DNA from: Actinomycetes bacterium
Lineage (GTDB): Bacteria > Actinomycetota > Actinomycetes > S36-B12
Assembly (NCBI GenBank): GCA_965227045.1
Contig: OZ245718.1
Span: 154,291 to 218,290 of the forward strand
Length of the DNA: 64,000 nucleotides
Reading direction: 5' to 3'
Part shown: one piece after another, positions 44,401 to 54,993 of the stretch
Layout of the letters: each line of letters starts with the position of its first letter
Position numbering within the stretch: the stretch's first letter is position 1
Position numbers and translations under genes: made by a program
Notes under the pieces: model-generated
Told to the model about the DNA's origin: nothing
The model's database searches: none
Seen by the model: only the letters and a program-made list of their open reading frames with translations

Positions 44401-44975
44401 AGGAGTACTCGGCGATGGAGGAGCGGCACAACTTCCTGACCGAGCAGCTCGACGATCTCAAGCGCACCCGCGAAGACCTCCTCGACATCATCAAGGAGGT
44501 CGATGCGCGCGTCGTCCAGGTCTTCACCGAGGCGTACGAGGCCGTCGAGCGGGAGTTCGAGGGGGTGTTCTCGCGGCTGTTCCCGGGCGGGGAGGGCCGA
44601 CTGATCCTGACCGACCCGAACGACATGCTCACCACGGGCGTCGATGTCGAGGCTCGTCCGCCCGGAAAGAAGGTCAAGCGCCTGTCGCTGCTGTCCGGTG
44701 GCGAGCGGTCGCTCACCGCGGTGGCCTTCCTAGTCGCGCTGTTTAAGGCCCGACCCAGCCCGTTCTACGTCCTCGACGAGGTCGAGGCTGCGCTCGACGA
44801 GGTGAACCTCGGCCGTCTGATCGACATCATCGAGGAGCTCCGCAGCTCCTCGCAGCTCATCGTCATCACGCACCAGAAGCGCACGATGGAGATCGCCGAT
44901 GCGCTCTACGGGGTGTCTATGCGTGGCGATGGCGTCACGCAGGTGATCGGCCAGCGCCTGCGCGAGAGTGCATAG
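41430..44975 (+). CDS. smc: Chromosome segregation protein SMC
   Basis: GFKSF, GPNGSGKSN, coiled coils and hinge, LSGGE, LDEVEAALD, ITH. Confidence 0.98.
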   Translation: MHLKSLTLKGFKSFASTTTLHFEPGVTCVVGPNGSGKSNVVDALAWVMGEQGAKSLRGGKMEDVIFSGTAGRAPLGRAEVSLTIDNSDGALPIEYTEVTVSRTLFRNGGSEYAINGQPCRLLDVQELLSDSGIGREMHVIVGQGQLDTILQATPEDRRGFIEEAAGVLKHRKRKEKALRKLDSMQANLTRLQDLTGELRRQLKPLGRQAEVARRAVVIQSEVRDARLRLMADDLLALRAAFEAEVADETALRERRATVDAELAILLQQETEAEEQAALDAPRLAAAQETWFALSGLRERFHGLVQLSAERVRHLQPEPEVEGSGRDPEQIELEARTLRTEEFELGREVEQRRDAQSEAETLRLAAEQAAAAEERRVAEVERAAADRREGLARLSGQVNAARSRMEARSNEIERLTAQILEARQRGEAAQREFQRIEVDVAGLDAGEHSLDADHETAEAEMIAADAAVEALRAREAAAERERAALSARAEALSIGLRRKDAGARLLDPQVPGVLGTLASLLHVEPGAQTAVAAALGDVADAVVVTSMDAAMRAIVLLKDEDAGRAAIVIADAERPRADRPHVREAGRPLVEFVTCDESLQPVVDHLLERWALADDLTTAQAMQALHPSLSFVTPAGDVLASGVVHGGSASAPSLLEVQAAYDDATAQLELLVHELDRLRFDMAAARSRQEQAASAVESALSRLHESDARLAAVAEQLGQLGQVARAAGAEADRLTAARVAAETALASDGENLDQLQSRLDAAQVEPDEQPNSDARADLAAAAAAARRAEVDARLALRTAEERVGAVAERAQQLERTAASERQARIAARERREQRARELVVAQAVHAGARVALSRIEVSVAAAGRARTVVERATRDRDAQLQKVRTARRELGAESDLLKDSVHRDEVARAEQRMRIEQVEDKVLEDFGVESAVLLAEYGPDQLVPPTPPSPGDEPPAEEPVAYPFVRAEQEKRLKAAERDLALLGRVNPLALEEYSAMEERHNFLTEQLDDLKRTREDLLDIIKEVDARVVQVFTEAYEAVEREFEGVFSRLFPGGEGRLILTDPNDMLTTGVDVEARPPGKKVKRLSLLSGGERSLTAVAFLVALFKARPSPFYVLDEVEAALDEVNLGRLIDIIEELRSSSQLIVITHQKRTMEIADALYGVSMRGDGVTQVIGQRLRESA

Positions 44976-44987
44976 TCGCCATCGCGG

Positions 44988-45662
44988 CTAGCGTTCTCCC
45001 GCCTCGCACTCGGTCAGGCCCGTGACGATCATCAGCTGAGCAGAAATGTAGGTCGCCATGATGACCGCGGACAGCGTCGGCGTCGTGCTGAGCGGCCCGA
45101 ACTCGGTCAGCGCAATGAGCCCGTCGGACACCAGGAAGAACAGCGCACCCCACGCGACCCGCCACCCGGGCGAGCGAGGAACTCGCAGCACCAGGTCGAG
45201 CGCGGCCACCGCCATCGCGACGAGGACGGCGCTGTAGATCAGCACCGGAATGCGCAGCGAGCCGACGCCAGCGCTGACGAGCACGTTCACGACGATCCAG
45301 ATGGCCACATACGGAAGGAGCGTGAGCTTCCATGCGCGGACGAATCCAGGCCCCGGGATGCGCGTGAACGCAGTGATGTAGCAGATCTGCATGAGCAGGA
45401 AGGCGCCGATTCCCGCCATGAACGCCAGATCGCCGTCGAACATCAGCAGCAGGTCGCCCAGCCACGCGAAGACCAGGCCCACCGCCAGCCAGCGGAGCGC
45501 GTTGGTCAACTTGCCGCGGCGGGTGACGAGCAGCCAGGCGAGGAGCAGTGGCACGAGCAGCGGCTTGGTGAGGTTAGTCAACGTCGGCAGTTCCGCCGCG
45601 TTGCCCAGCACGTTGGCGGCCCCGACGAGCATGTAGGCGATCAGGACGCGGCGCTCGCTCAT
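44988..45662 (-). CDS. YhhN-family lysoplasmalogenase-like membrane protein
   Basis: TKPLL, GDLLL, F..GIGAFL, LFFLVSD, IMATYISAQ. Confidence 0.85.
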   Translation of the reverse strand: MSERRVLIAYMLVGAANVLGNAAELPTLTNLTKPLLVPLLLAWLLVTRRGKLTNALRWLAVGLVFAWLGDLLLMFDGDLAFMAGIGAFLLMQICYITAFTRIPGPGFVRAWKLTLLPYVAIWIVVNVLVSAGVGSLRIPVLIYSAVLVAMAVAALDLVLRVPRSPGWRVAWGALFFLVSDGLIALTEFGPLSTTPTLSAVIMATYISAQLMIVTGLTECEAGER

Positions 45663-45715
45663 GGCGGCATCCTGCCGCGAATAGCGGGCTCACGGAGCGT
45701 GGAAGGATGACGAAC

Positions 45716-46858
45716 ATGGAACCTGCTGTGCTTTATGTCGCCATCGCCGTGGCCATCCTCATCGTCGGCATCACCTTGTTCGTCACGCTCCGGCGCGGTG
45801 GCAGCACTATTGCACCGCCGATAGAGGCGCATGCCCCGGTGGTCGAGACCGCGCTCCCGGTGGTCGCGGATGAGGTCGTTGGCGAACGGCCGTCCGATGA
45901 CGAGCTCGAGGGACTGCTCGTCGTCGAGGTGCCCGAGCCCGCGGCCGGCCGACTGCACCGGCTGCGGTCCCGCCTGGCGCGGTCGCAGGGCACCTTCGGG
46001 CGCGGACTGCTCGCCCTGCTGAGCCGCGAGAACGTCGACGAGGACACGTGGGACCAGGTCGAGGAGACCCTGCTCGGCGCGGACCTCGGCGTTGGACCGA
46101 CGTCCGATCTGCTCCAGCGCCTGCGCACCCGCGTGCGGGTTGAGGGCTCCTCGGATCCCGCGCTCGTCCGCCAGATGCTGCGCGAGGAGCTGCTCACCCT
46201 CGTCGATCCCTCGATGGACCGACGGGTGCGCGCGGAGCGCGTGGGGGAGCGACCGGGCGTCGTCCTCGTGGTGGGAGTCAACGGAACCGGCAAGACCACC
46301 ACCACCGGCAAGCTCGCCCGGCTTGCGGTGGCGCAGGACCAGTCCGTCATCCTCGCTGCTGCTGACACCTTCAGGGCCGCGGCCGCCGATCAGCTCCAGA
46401 CGTGGGGGGATCGGGTCGGAGCCGTGGTGGTGCGGGGCCCCGAAGGCGGGGATCCGGCCGCCGTGGCGTTCGACGCGGTCGAGACGGGCATCGCCGCGGG
46501 AGTCGACACCGTGATCATCGACACTGCCGGTCGGCTGCACACCAAGACCGGGCTCATGGACGAGCTTGGCAAGGTCAAGCGGGTCGTGGAGAAGAAGTCC
46601 CCGATCGACGAGGTTCTCCTCGTCCTCGATGCGACGACCGGACAGAACGGTCTCGTCCAGGCCCGGGTGTTCGCCGAGGTCGTCGACGTCACGGGCATCG
46701 TCCTGACAAAGCTCGATGGCACGGCTCGCGGCGGCATCGTCATCGCGGTGCAGCGCGAGCTCGGCGTGCCGGTGAAACTGGTGGGCCTCGGGGAGGGTCC
46801 TGACGACCTTGCGCCGTTCGACGCCGAGGCGTTCGTCGACGCCATCGTCGGGGACTAG
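45716..46858 (+). CDS. ftsY: SRP receptor FtsY
   Basis: GVNGTGKTTT, DTFRAAA, DTAGR, TKLDGTARGG; N-terminal TM helix; alternative start at 45707. Confidence 0.96.
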   Translation: MEPAVLYVAIAVAILIVGITLFVTLRRGGSTIAPPIEAHAPVVETALPVVADEVVGERPSDDELEGLLVVEVPEPAAGRLHRLRSRLARSQGTFGRGLLALLSRENVDEDTWDQVEETLLGADLGVGPTSDLLQRLRTRVRVEGSSDPALVRQMLREELLTLVDPSMDRRVRAERVGERPGVVLVVGVNGTGKTTTTGKLARLAVAQDQSVILAAADTFRAAAADQLQTWGDRVGAVVVRGPEGGDPAAVAFDAVETGIAAGVDTVIIDTAGRLHTKTGLMDELGKVKRVVEKKSPIDEVLLVLDATTGQNGLVQARVFAEVVDVTGIVLTKLDGTARGGIVIAVQRELGVPVKLVGLGEGPDDLAPFDAEAFVDAIVGD

Positions 46859-46880
46859 CGCGACGCGACCCACGCTCGGC

Positions 46881-46980
46881 GTAACCCGCCGTTAACGTGC
46901 GAGGCCCCCGCGTGACGCACTGTTAACGCGGGCGCCACGCGCGACATACCCCGGTAACCGCGCATGGCCCACAGCGAAAC
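46881..46980 (+). promoter_or_regulatory. Tandem GlnR boxes upstream of amtB-glnK-glnD
   Basis: GTAAC-n6-TTAAC (46881-46896), GTGAC-n6-TTAAC-n6-GCCAC (46912-46938), GTAAC...GAAAC (46954-46980), resembling gTnAc-n6-GaAAc. Confidence 0.7.
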
Positions 46981-47038
46981 CTCCAAACGCGAGTCTCTGC
47001 CTCGCGAGGTGAATATCGCCACTGGGAGGAGTACTCGC

Positions 47039-48690
<1,652 letters not shown>

Positions 48691-48704
48691 GGCACCGTAT
48701 CCAC

Positions 48705-51032
48705 GTGGATCAGAGCCTTGCCGGAGCGGACTTCCCGTCCGCACGGAACGAAGTAACACGTCGCCCCGGGCTTTCGGGCCCGGGGCGGCGTGCTGCTCTG
48801 ACCGAACTGACCGACCGTTGGCTGCTGGGACTGTTCGCGGCTGCCACGGCAACGGTGAAGGACCCGTTCTGTCTCGTCGCTGTGGGCGGCTACGGACGGG
48901 GAGAACTGACGGCGGGCAGCGACCTCGACCTGCTGCTGCTCCACAAGTCAGGAGCCGCCGAGTCGGGTCGCGTCGCCGAGGCGCTCTGGTACCCGATCTG
49001 GGACTCCGGACAGCGTCTTGATCACAGCGTGCGCACCGTCAGCGAGGCCCGTCGGCTGGCGAGCGACGACATCAAGGTTGTCCTCGGCGTACTGGACGCG
49101 CGCGTCATCGCCGGCGACCCGAGCCTTGCCGAGCAACTGCAGGGCGCAGTGCTGTCCGACTGGCGTGCCATGGCCGATCGCCGGCTGCCGGCCCTTCGCG
49201 ACATGGTGGAGGAGCGACGGCAGCGGTTTGGCGAGGCCGCACAACTGCTCGAACCCGATCTCAAGGAGTCGTACGGCGGACTTCGCGATGCAACGATCCT
49301 CAAGGGTGTCGCCGCATCGTGGGTCACGGACGTTCCGCACAACGGCTACGAGGAATCGGTCGGGTTCCTGCTCGACGTCCGTGATTCGCTGCAGCGGATC
49401 ACCGGGACGAGCAGCGACCGGCTGATGATGCAGGAGCAGGATGCCGTCGCCGAAGACCTTGTCGGTGTCGCCGACGCGGACGCCCTCCTGCGGGCTGTCT
49501 ACGACAGCGCTCGCACGATCGCGTACGCCAGTGACGTCACCTGGCATCGGGTGGACCGGCTCACCCGCAACCGTCATCGCGTGGCTTTGCGGCCCATTCG
49601 GCGTCGCCCGGCCGCTCGTCTGCCGCTAGCCGAGGGCGTAGTCATGCAGGACGGCGAGGTCGTCCTCGCCCTCGAGGCCAAGCCTGCCCGTGACGACGGC
49701 CTGCTGCTCCGTGCTGCTGCGGCGGCGGCTCAGGCCGGCCTGCGCCTGTCTCCGCACACCGTCGATCGCCTCGCGGCCGAGACCTTGGACCCGCCGACGC
49801 CATGGTCACGCGAGGTCCGCGAGTCCTTCGTCTCGCTGCTCGGATCCGGTCCGGCCATGGTCGGCGTGTGGGAGGCGCTGGACCAGAACGGCGTCATCGG
49901 TCGCCTCATACCCGGCTGGGACATCATCCGCTCGGCGCCGCAGCGCAACGCGATGCACAAGTACACGGTCGATCGTCACCTGGTCGAGGCGGCGGTTCAG
50001 GCGAGTGCGCTCACCCGAAATGTCACCCGCCCCGATCTCCTGCTCGTCGGCGCCCTGCTGCACGACATCGGCAAGGCGCGCGGAGGTGACCACAGCGTCA
50101 TCGGCGCATCGATCGCCGCCGACCTCGCCGCGCGCATGGGCTTCGACGCGGACGACTGCGCCGTGATCGTCACGCTCGTCCGCTACCACCTGCTGCTCGC
50201 GGACACCGCGACGCGTCGCGACCTCGAGGACCCGGCCGTCATCCACGAGGTTGCCGGCATTCTCGGCGACCTGTCCACGCTCGAACTGCTCCACGAGATG
50301 ACGATCGCGGATTCGCTGGCGACCGGACCGACCGTGAGCACGGACTGGCGCTTCGGCCTCATCGGCGACCTCGTCGAACGCGTGCGCACGATCATGGCCG
50401 GCCGACCGCTGCCCGAGCCGCCCGAGCTCACCGAGCAGCAGGCCGTGGCGCTTCGACAGTCCGGCGTGTGGGTGCTCATGGATGTGCTCGACTCGACCTG
50501 CGTGGTGACCGTCGCCGCTCCCGACCGCATCGGACTGCTCGCGCTCGTCGCGGGCGTCCTGTCGCTCAACCGGCTCAACGTTCTCGCGGCTCGTGTCACG
50601 ACCGTCGACGATCGTGCCGTGCAGCAGTGGACGGTGCGCCCCAACTTCGGCGAGCCGCCCTCCATCGAGCAGCTCAGCGACAACATCCGGCGTGCCGTCG
50701 AGGGCACCTACGATGTGGCGGACCGCCTCAAGAAGCGCGATGCGGACTACCAGCGCATGCCGCGCGCGTCGTATCCGCAGCCCTTCGTGTCGATCACGAA
50801 CGGGTCGAGCAGCAGCACGGTCGTCGAGGTGCGCGCGCACGACGAGCCCGGACTGCTGTACCGGCTCGCGCGGGCGGTGGCCGCCGCGGACGCCACGATC
50901 ATCGGCGCGAAGGTGTCAACGCTGGGCTCGGACGCGGTTGACGTCTTCTTCGTCACCGATGCCAATGGCCAGCGGCTCAGCGACGAGCGCGCGTCGGCGC
51001 TGCGGGTGACGGTCATGGCGGCACTCGAGTGA
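48705..51032 (+). CDS. glnD: PII uridylyl/adenylyltransferase
   Basis: AVGGYGR..L...SDLDL, KESYGGLRD, HKYTVDRH, LLHDIGK, two ACT domains. Confidence 0.95.
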   Translation: MDQSLAGADFPSARNEVTRRPGLSGPGRRAALTELTDRWLLGLFAAATATVKDPFCLVAVGGYGRGELTAGSDLDLLLLHKSGAAESGRVAEALWYPIWDSGQRLDHSVRTVSEARRLASDDIKVVLGVLDARVIAGDPSLAEQLQGAVLSDWRAMADRRLPALRDMVEERRQRFGEAAQLLEPDLKESYGGLRDATILKGVAASWVTDVPHNGYEESVGFLLDVRDSLQRITGTSSDRLMMQEQDAVAEDLVGVADADALLRAVYDSARTIAYASDVTWHRVDRLTRNRHRVALRPIRRRPAARLPLAEGVVMQDGEVVLALEAKPARDDGLLLRAAAAAAQAGLRLSPHTVDRLAAETLDPPTPWSREVRESFVSLLGSGPAMVGVWEALDQNGVIGRLIPGWDIIRSAPQRNAMHKYTVDRHLVEAAVQASALTRNVTRPDLLLVGALLHDIGKARGGDHSVIGASIAADLAARMGFDADDCAVIVTLVRYHLLLADTATRRDLEDPAVIHEVAGILGDLSTLELLHEMTIADSLATGPTVSTDWRFGLIGDLVERVRTIMAGRPLPEPPELTEQQAVALRQSGVWVLMDVLDSTCVVTVAAPDRIGLLALVAGVLSLNRLNVLAARVTTVDDRAVQQWTVRPNFGEPPSIEQLSDNIRRAVEGTYDVADRLKKRDADYQRMPRASYPQPFVSITNGSSSSTVVEVRAHDEPGLLYRLARAVAAADATIIGAKVSTLGSDAVDVFFVTDANGQRLSDERASALRVTVMAALE

Positions 51033-51063
51033 GGTTCGTCGCCCGGCAGATACGCTGACCCTC

Positions 51064-52590
51064 GTGTTTGCCACCCTCTCCGACCGTCTTGCCGCGACCT
51101 TCAAGGGCCTGCGCGGCAAGGGGCGACTGTCCGAGGCGGACGTCGACGAGACGGTTCGCGAGATCCGCACCGCCCTGCTCGAGGCGGACGTCGCGCTACC
51201 CGTCGTGCGGCAGTTCTGCGCCACGGTCAAGGAGCGAGCCCTCTCCTCGGAGGTGTCCGGCGCGCTCAATCCCGCGCAGCAGGTCGTCAAGATCGTGCAC
51301 GAGGAGCTCGTCGCGATCCTCGGCGGCGACACCACCCGCCTGACGTTCGCGAAGTCGCCGCCCACGGTGATCCTTCTCGCCGGCCTCCAGGGCGCGGGCA
51401 AGACCACCCTCGCGGGAAAGCTCGCGCTGTACCTGCGCAACGAGGGCCACGCGCCGCTGCTCGTCGCCGCCGACCTCCAGCGTCCCAACGCCGTTGACCA
51501 GCTCAAGGTCGTTGGCGGCCAGGCCGGCGTTCCCGTCTTCGCTCCCGAGCCGGGCAACGGCGTCGGTGACCCCGTTGCCGTCACGCGCGCGGCCCGTGAG
51601 CACGCCGTTACCAAGCAGCACGACGTGGTGATCGTCGACACGGCCGGCCGACTGGCCGTCGACACCGACCTGATGAAGCAGTTGCGCGACGTTCGCGATG
51701 CGGCCAAGCCCGACAACATCCTGCTCGTCGTCGACGCGATGATCGGCCAGGACGCGGTCCGCACCGCGGAGGAGTTCCGCGACGGGGTCGGCTTCGACGC
51801 CGTCGTGCTGACGAAGCTCGATGGTGATGCGCGCGGTGGCGCCGCGCTGTCGATCGTCACGGTCACTGGCCGGCCGATCATGTTCGCCTCGGTCGGCGAG
51901 AAGCTGACGGAGTTCGAGACCTTCCACCCCGATCGCATGGCCTCGCGCATCCTCGACATGGGCGACGTCATGACGCTCATCGAGCAGGCCGAGAAGGCCT
52001 TCGATGCCGAGCAGGCCGAGCGGATGTCGCGCAAGGTCGCGGCGGGTGAGGACTTCACGCTCGACGACTTCCTGGAGCAGATGCAGGCCGTCAAGAAGAT
52101 GGGCTCCCTCGGCAAGATCCTCGGCATGCTGCCGGGCATGGGGGAGATGAAGGCCCAGCTCGACCAGGTCGACGACAAGGAACTCGATCGCGTCGCCGCG
52201 ATCATCCAGTCGATGACCCCAGGGGAGCGCCAGGACCCCAAGATCCTCAACGGCTCGCGCCGCTCGCGCATCGCCAAGGGCTCGGGCTCGACCGTCAGCG
52301 ACGTCAACAATCTCATCGAGAGATTCAGCTCGGCCCAGAAGATGATGAAGCAGATGGGCAAGGGCGGCGGCATGCCGGGGATGCCGGGGATGCCCGGATT
52401 CCCGGGCATGGGCGGCAGCAAGAAGGCCAAGGGCCGCATGACCAAGACGGAGCGACCGGCCAAGGGCAAGAACCGCAGCGGCAACCCGGCCAAGCGAGCC
52501 GCGCTGCCGAGCGCGGACACCGTCGACGCTCCCGTGCCGGCGTTCGACGCCTCACAGTTGCCCCCGGAATTGAAGAACCTGCTCGGTTAG
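51064..52590 (+). CDS. ffh: Signal recognition particle protein
   Basis: [25 protein letters not shown], Met-rich M domain. Confidence 0.98.
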   Translation: MFATLSDRLAATFKGLRGKGRLSEADVDETVREIRTALLEADVALPVVRQFCATVKERALSSEVSGALNPAQQVVKIVHEELVAILGGDTTRLTFAKSPPTVILLAGLQGAGKTTLAGKLALYLRNEGHAPLLVAADLQRPNAVDQLKVVGGQAGVPVFAPEPGNGVGDPVAVTRAAREHAVTKQHDVVIVDTAGRLAVDTDLMKQLRDVRDAAKPDNILLVVDAMIGQDAVRTAEEFRDGVGFDAVVLTKLDGDARGGAALSIVTVTGRPIMFASVGEKLTEFETFHPDRMASRILDMGDVMTLIEQAEKAFDAEQAERMSRKVAAGEDFTLDDFLEQMQAVKKMGSLGKILGMLPGMGEMKAQLDQVDDKELDRVAAIIQSMTPGERQDPKILNGSRRSRIAKGSGSTVSDVNNLIERFSSAQKMMKQMGKGGGMPGMPGMPGFPGMGGSKKAKGRMTKTERPAKGKNRSGNPAKRAALPSADTVDAPVPAFDASQLPPELKNLLG

Positions 52591-52772
52591 GGCCGCACGC
52601 TGGCCCAGTGGTGAAGGCGGCCGCCGGGATCTGGCAGAATACGGGGGCACTTGTCACCCCGGTTGGCCCTCTATCCCTCCGACGGTGGCAGTCCGCAAGG
52701 TTTTCGCCAGATCCTGTGTCCCCACGCAGGCGACGGCGCGCACCGCCTCACCTAACAGGAGAAAAGCCACCC

Positions 52773-53411
52773 GTGGCCGTCAAGATCAAGCTGAAGCGTC
52801 TGGGCAAGATCCATGCCCCGCAGTACCGCATCGTCGTTGCCGACTCACGCACCGCCCGCAACGGGCGCGCGATCGAGGAGATCGGCATCTACCAGCCCAT
52901 GCAGGACCCGAGCATCATCCAGGTCGACTCCGAGCGCGTGCAGTACTGGCTGGGTGTCGGCGCGCTGCCGACCGAGGCCGTTGCCGCGATCCTCAAGGTC
53001 ACCGGTGACTGGCAGAAGTTCAAGGGCCTGCCCGGCCAGGAGGGCACCCTTCGGGTTGCCGAGCCCAAGCCCAGCAAGGTGCTCGCGTTCGAGGCCGCCG
53101 TCAAGGCTGCCGGCGCCGAGCCCAAGGTAGCCCCGAAGCCGAAGCTCGAGAAGGCCGTCGAGGCCGTCGTCGTTGCTGAGGTCGCCGAGGCCGTTGCCGA
53201 GGAAGCCATCGTCGAGGCGATCGTTGCCGAGGCCATCGCTGAGGACGTCATCGCCGATCCCGCCGCCACCGACGAAGCCGTCGAGGAGGCCGTGATCGAG
53301 GCCGTCGTCGCCGAGGCCATCGCTGAGGAGGCGGTCATCGAGGCCGTCGTCGCAGAAGAGGTCGCGGTCGAGGCAATCGAGGACGCTGCCGACGAGGAAG
53401 CCAAAGCCTGA
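52773..53411 (+). CDS. rpsP: 30S ribosomal protein S16 with a long acidic C-terminal tail
   Basis: [11 protein letters not shown]...[19 protein letters not shown]...YWLGVGA; SD AGGAG. Confidence 0.95.
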   Translation: MAVKIKLKRLGKIHAPQYRIVVADSRTARNGRAIEEIGIYQPMQDPSIIQVDSERVQYWLGVGALPTEAVAAILKVTGDWQKFKGLPGQEGTLRVAEPKPSKVLAFEAAVKAAGAEPKVAPKPKLEKAVEAVVVAEVAEAVAEEAIVEAIVAEAIAEDVIADPAATDEAVEEAVIEAVVAEAIAEEAVIEAVVAEEVAVEAIEDAADEEAKA

Positions 53412-53650
53412 TGCTCGAAGAGGCCCTGGGACATCTCGTCCGCGGCATCGTCGATCATCCCGAGGACGTCGACGTGCGCATGCGCACGAATCGTCGCGGT
53501 CGCTCGCTCGATGTCCGGGTTCATCCCGACGACATGGGACGAGTCATCGGTCGCGCCGGTCGCACGGCAACCGCTCTTCGCACCGTGGTCACCGCGCTCA
53601 ATGACGATCGTGGTGTCCGCATCGACTTCCTCGACGTCGTCGAGCGCTAG
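53411..53650 (+). CDS. khpA: KH-domain RNA-binding protein
   Basis: VHPDDMGRVIGRAGRTA; located between rpsP and rimM. Confidence 0.92.
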   Translation: MLEEALGHLVRGIVDHPEDVDVRMRTNRRGRSLDVRVHPDDMGRVIGRAGRTATALRTVVTALNDDRGVRIDFLDVVER

Positions 53651-53656
53651 CAGGCA

Positions 53657-54172
53657 ATGCGCGTCGTAGTCGGGCGCATCGGTCGTCCCCACGGGATCCG
53701 CGGGGAAGTCACGGTCGAGACGCGTACCGACGAGCCAGACGAGCGATTCGCCCCGGGCGCCGTGCTCCAGGTCGACGGTCCAGTCCACCAACTGGTCGTC
53801 GAGCGGACGCATTGGCACTCGGGGCGTCTGCTTGTCGTCTTCGCCGGTGTCGCCGATCGCACCGACGCGGAGGCGCTTCGCGGACTGCTCCTGCACGTCG
53901 AGCGCGACGAGGACGAGACACCCGATGATCCGGACGAGTTCTACGACAGCACGCTGACCGGCTGCCTCGTGGAGCTCGCCAACGGCTCAGCGGTAGGCGA
54001 GGTCATCGATGTGCTGCACCTGCCCTCGCAGGACATGCTGGTCGTCAAGACCCCCGACGAGCGCGAGATCCTCGTGCCGTTCATTGGTGCTTTTGTCCCC
54101 ACGGTCGACATTGCCGCCCGACGAATCGTCATCGAGCCACCGGACGGATTGCTCGACGCGGACGACGCGTGA
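53657..54172 (+). CDS. rimM: Ribosome maturation factor RimM
   Basis: VGRIGRPHGIRGEV, DEFYD, LVPF. Confidence 0.95.
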   Translation: MRVVVGRIGRPHGIRGEVTVETRTDEPDERFAPGAVLQVDGPVHQLVVERTHWHSGRLLVVFAGVADRTDAEALRGLLLHVERDEDETPDDPDEFYDSTLTGCLVELANGSAVGEVIDVLHLPSQDMLVVKTPDEREILVPFIGAFVPTVDIAARRIVIEPPDGLLDADDA

Positions 54173-54882
54173 TGCGCGTCGACATCGTTTCGATCTTCCC
54201 CGCCTACCTGGAACCGCTACGTCTCTCGCTTGTCGGCAAGGCGATCGACAGCGGGCTGCTTGATCTGCGGCTGCACGATCTGCGCGATTTCACCCACGAT
54301 CGCCACAACACCGTCGATGACACGCCATACGGCGGCGGCCCCGGCATGGTGATGAGCCCGCAGCCGTGGGGCGAGGCACTCGACTCCGTGCGCGAGACCG
54401 ATCTGGAGCACCGTCCGGTGCTCGTGATCCCGACACCCAGCGGCACCCGGTTCACGCAGCGCGAAGCGAGCGCGTGGGCGGCCGATGATTGGCTGGTCAT
54501 CGCCTGCGGCCGCTACGAGGGCATCGACGGCCGGATCGCACAGCACTACGCGGCCAGCGATGACTGGCTTGGCGTTCGCGAGGTATCGATCGGTGACTAC
54601 GTGCTCGCCGGTGGCGAGGCCGCGGCGCTCGTGATGGTGGAGGCCGTGGTCCGACTGCTGCCCGGGGTGCTCGGCAATGCGAGCAGTGTCGTCGACGACT
54701 CCTTCGCCGACGGAGCGATGTCGGACCTGCTGGAGGGCCCGGTGTACACGAAGCCGCCGTCCTGGCGCGGACTCGACGTCCCGGACGTGCTCGTCAGTGG
54801 GCACCACGGCCGCATCGCGCAGTGGCGCCTTGACCAGGCTCGCGCCCGCACCGGGGCGAACCGCCCCGACCTGAGCCCGTAA
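54172..54882 (+). CDS. trmD: tRNA (guanine-N1)-methyltransferase
   Basis: VDDTPYGGGPGM, CGRYEGID, SIGDYVLAGGE, YTKP, SGHH. Confidence 0.97.
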   Translation: MRVDIVSIFPAYLEPLRLSLVGKAIDSGLLDLRLHDLRDFTHDRHNTVDDTPYGGGPGMVMSPQPWGEALDSVRETDLEHRPVLVIPTPSGTRFTQREASAWAADDWLVIACGRYEGIDGRIAQHYAASDDWLGVREVSIGDYVLAGGEAAALVMVEAVVRLLPGVLGNASSVVDDSFADGAMSDLLEGPVYTKPPSWRGLDVPDVLVSGHHGRIAQWRLDQARARTGANRPDLSP

Positions 54883-54897
54883 CCCCGCGCCAGCACC

Positions 54898-54979
54898 CCG
54901 CACCCTTCCGCCGACCTTGAGGTTGGCGTGGGTTCGCGGCCCCGATTTCCACGCCAACCTCAAGGTCGGCGGGGTGCGG
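54898..54979. repeat. Long REP-like palindrome with perfect 24-bp arms
   Basis: CCGCCGACCTTGAGGTTGGCGTGG (54908-54931) pairs with CCACGCCAACCTCAAGGTCGGCGG (54949-54972); outer CCGCACC/GGTGCGG. Confidence 0.85.
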
Positions 54980-54993
54980 CGCGGTGATGGCGA

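Noticed and set aside
41961-44429. Long antisense ORFs (also 15210-17345, 62131-63993, 31663-33393, 27938-29590, 29088-30548)
   Set aside because: Stop-poor shadow frames expected in high-GC3 DNA opposite real genes; no recognisable motifs
52368-52412. GGCATGCCG repeats in ffh
   Set aside because: Ordinary Gly-Met-Pro low-complexity tail of Ffh
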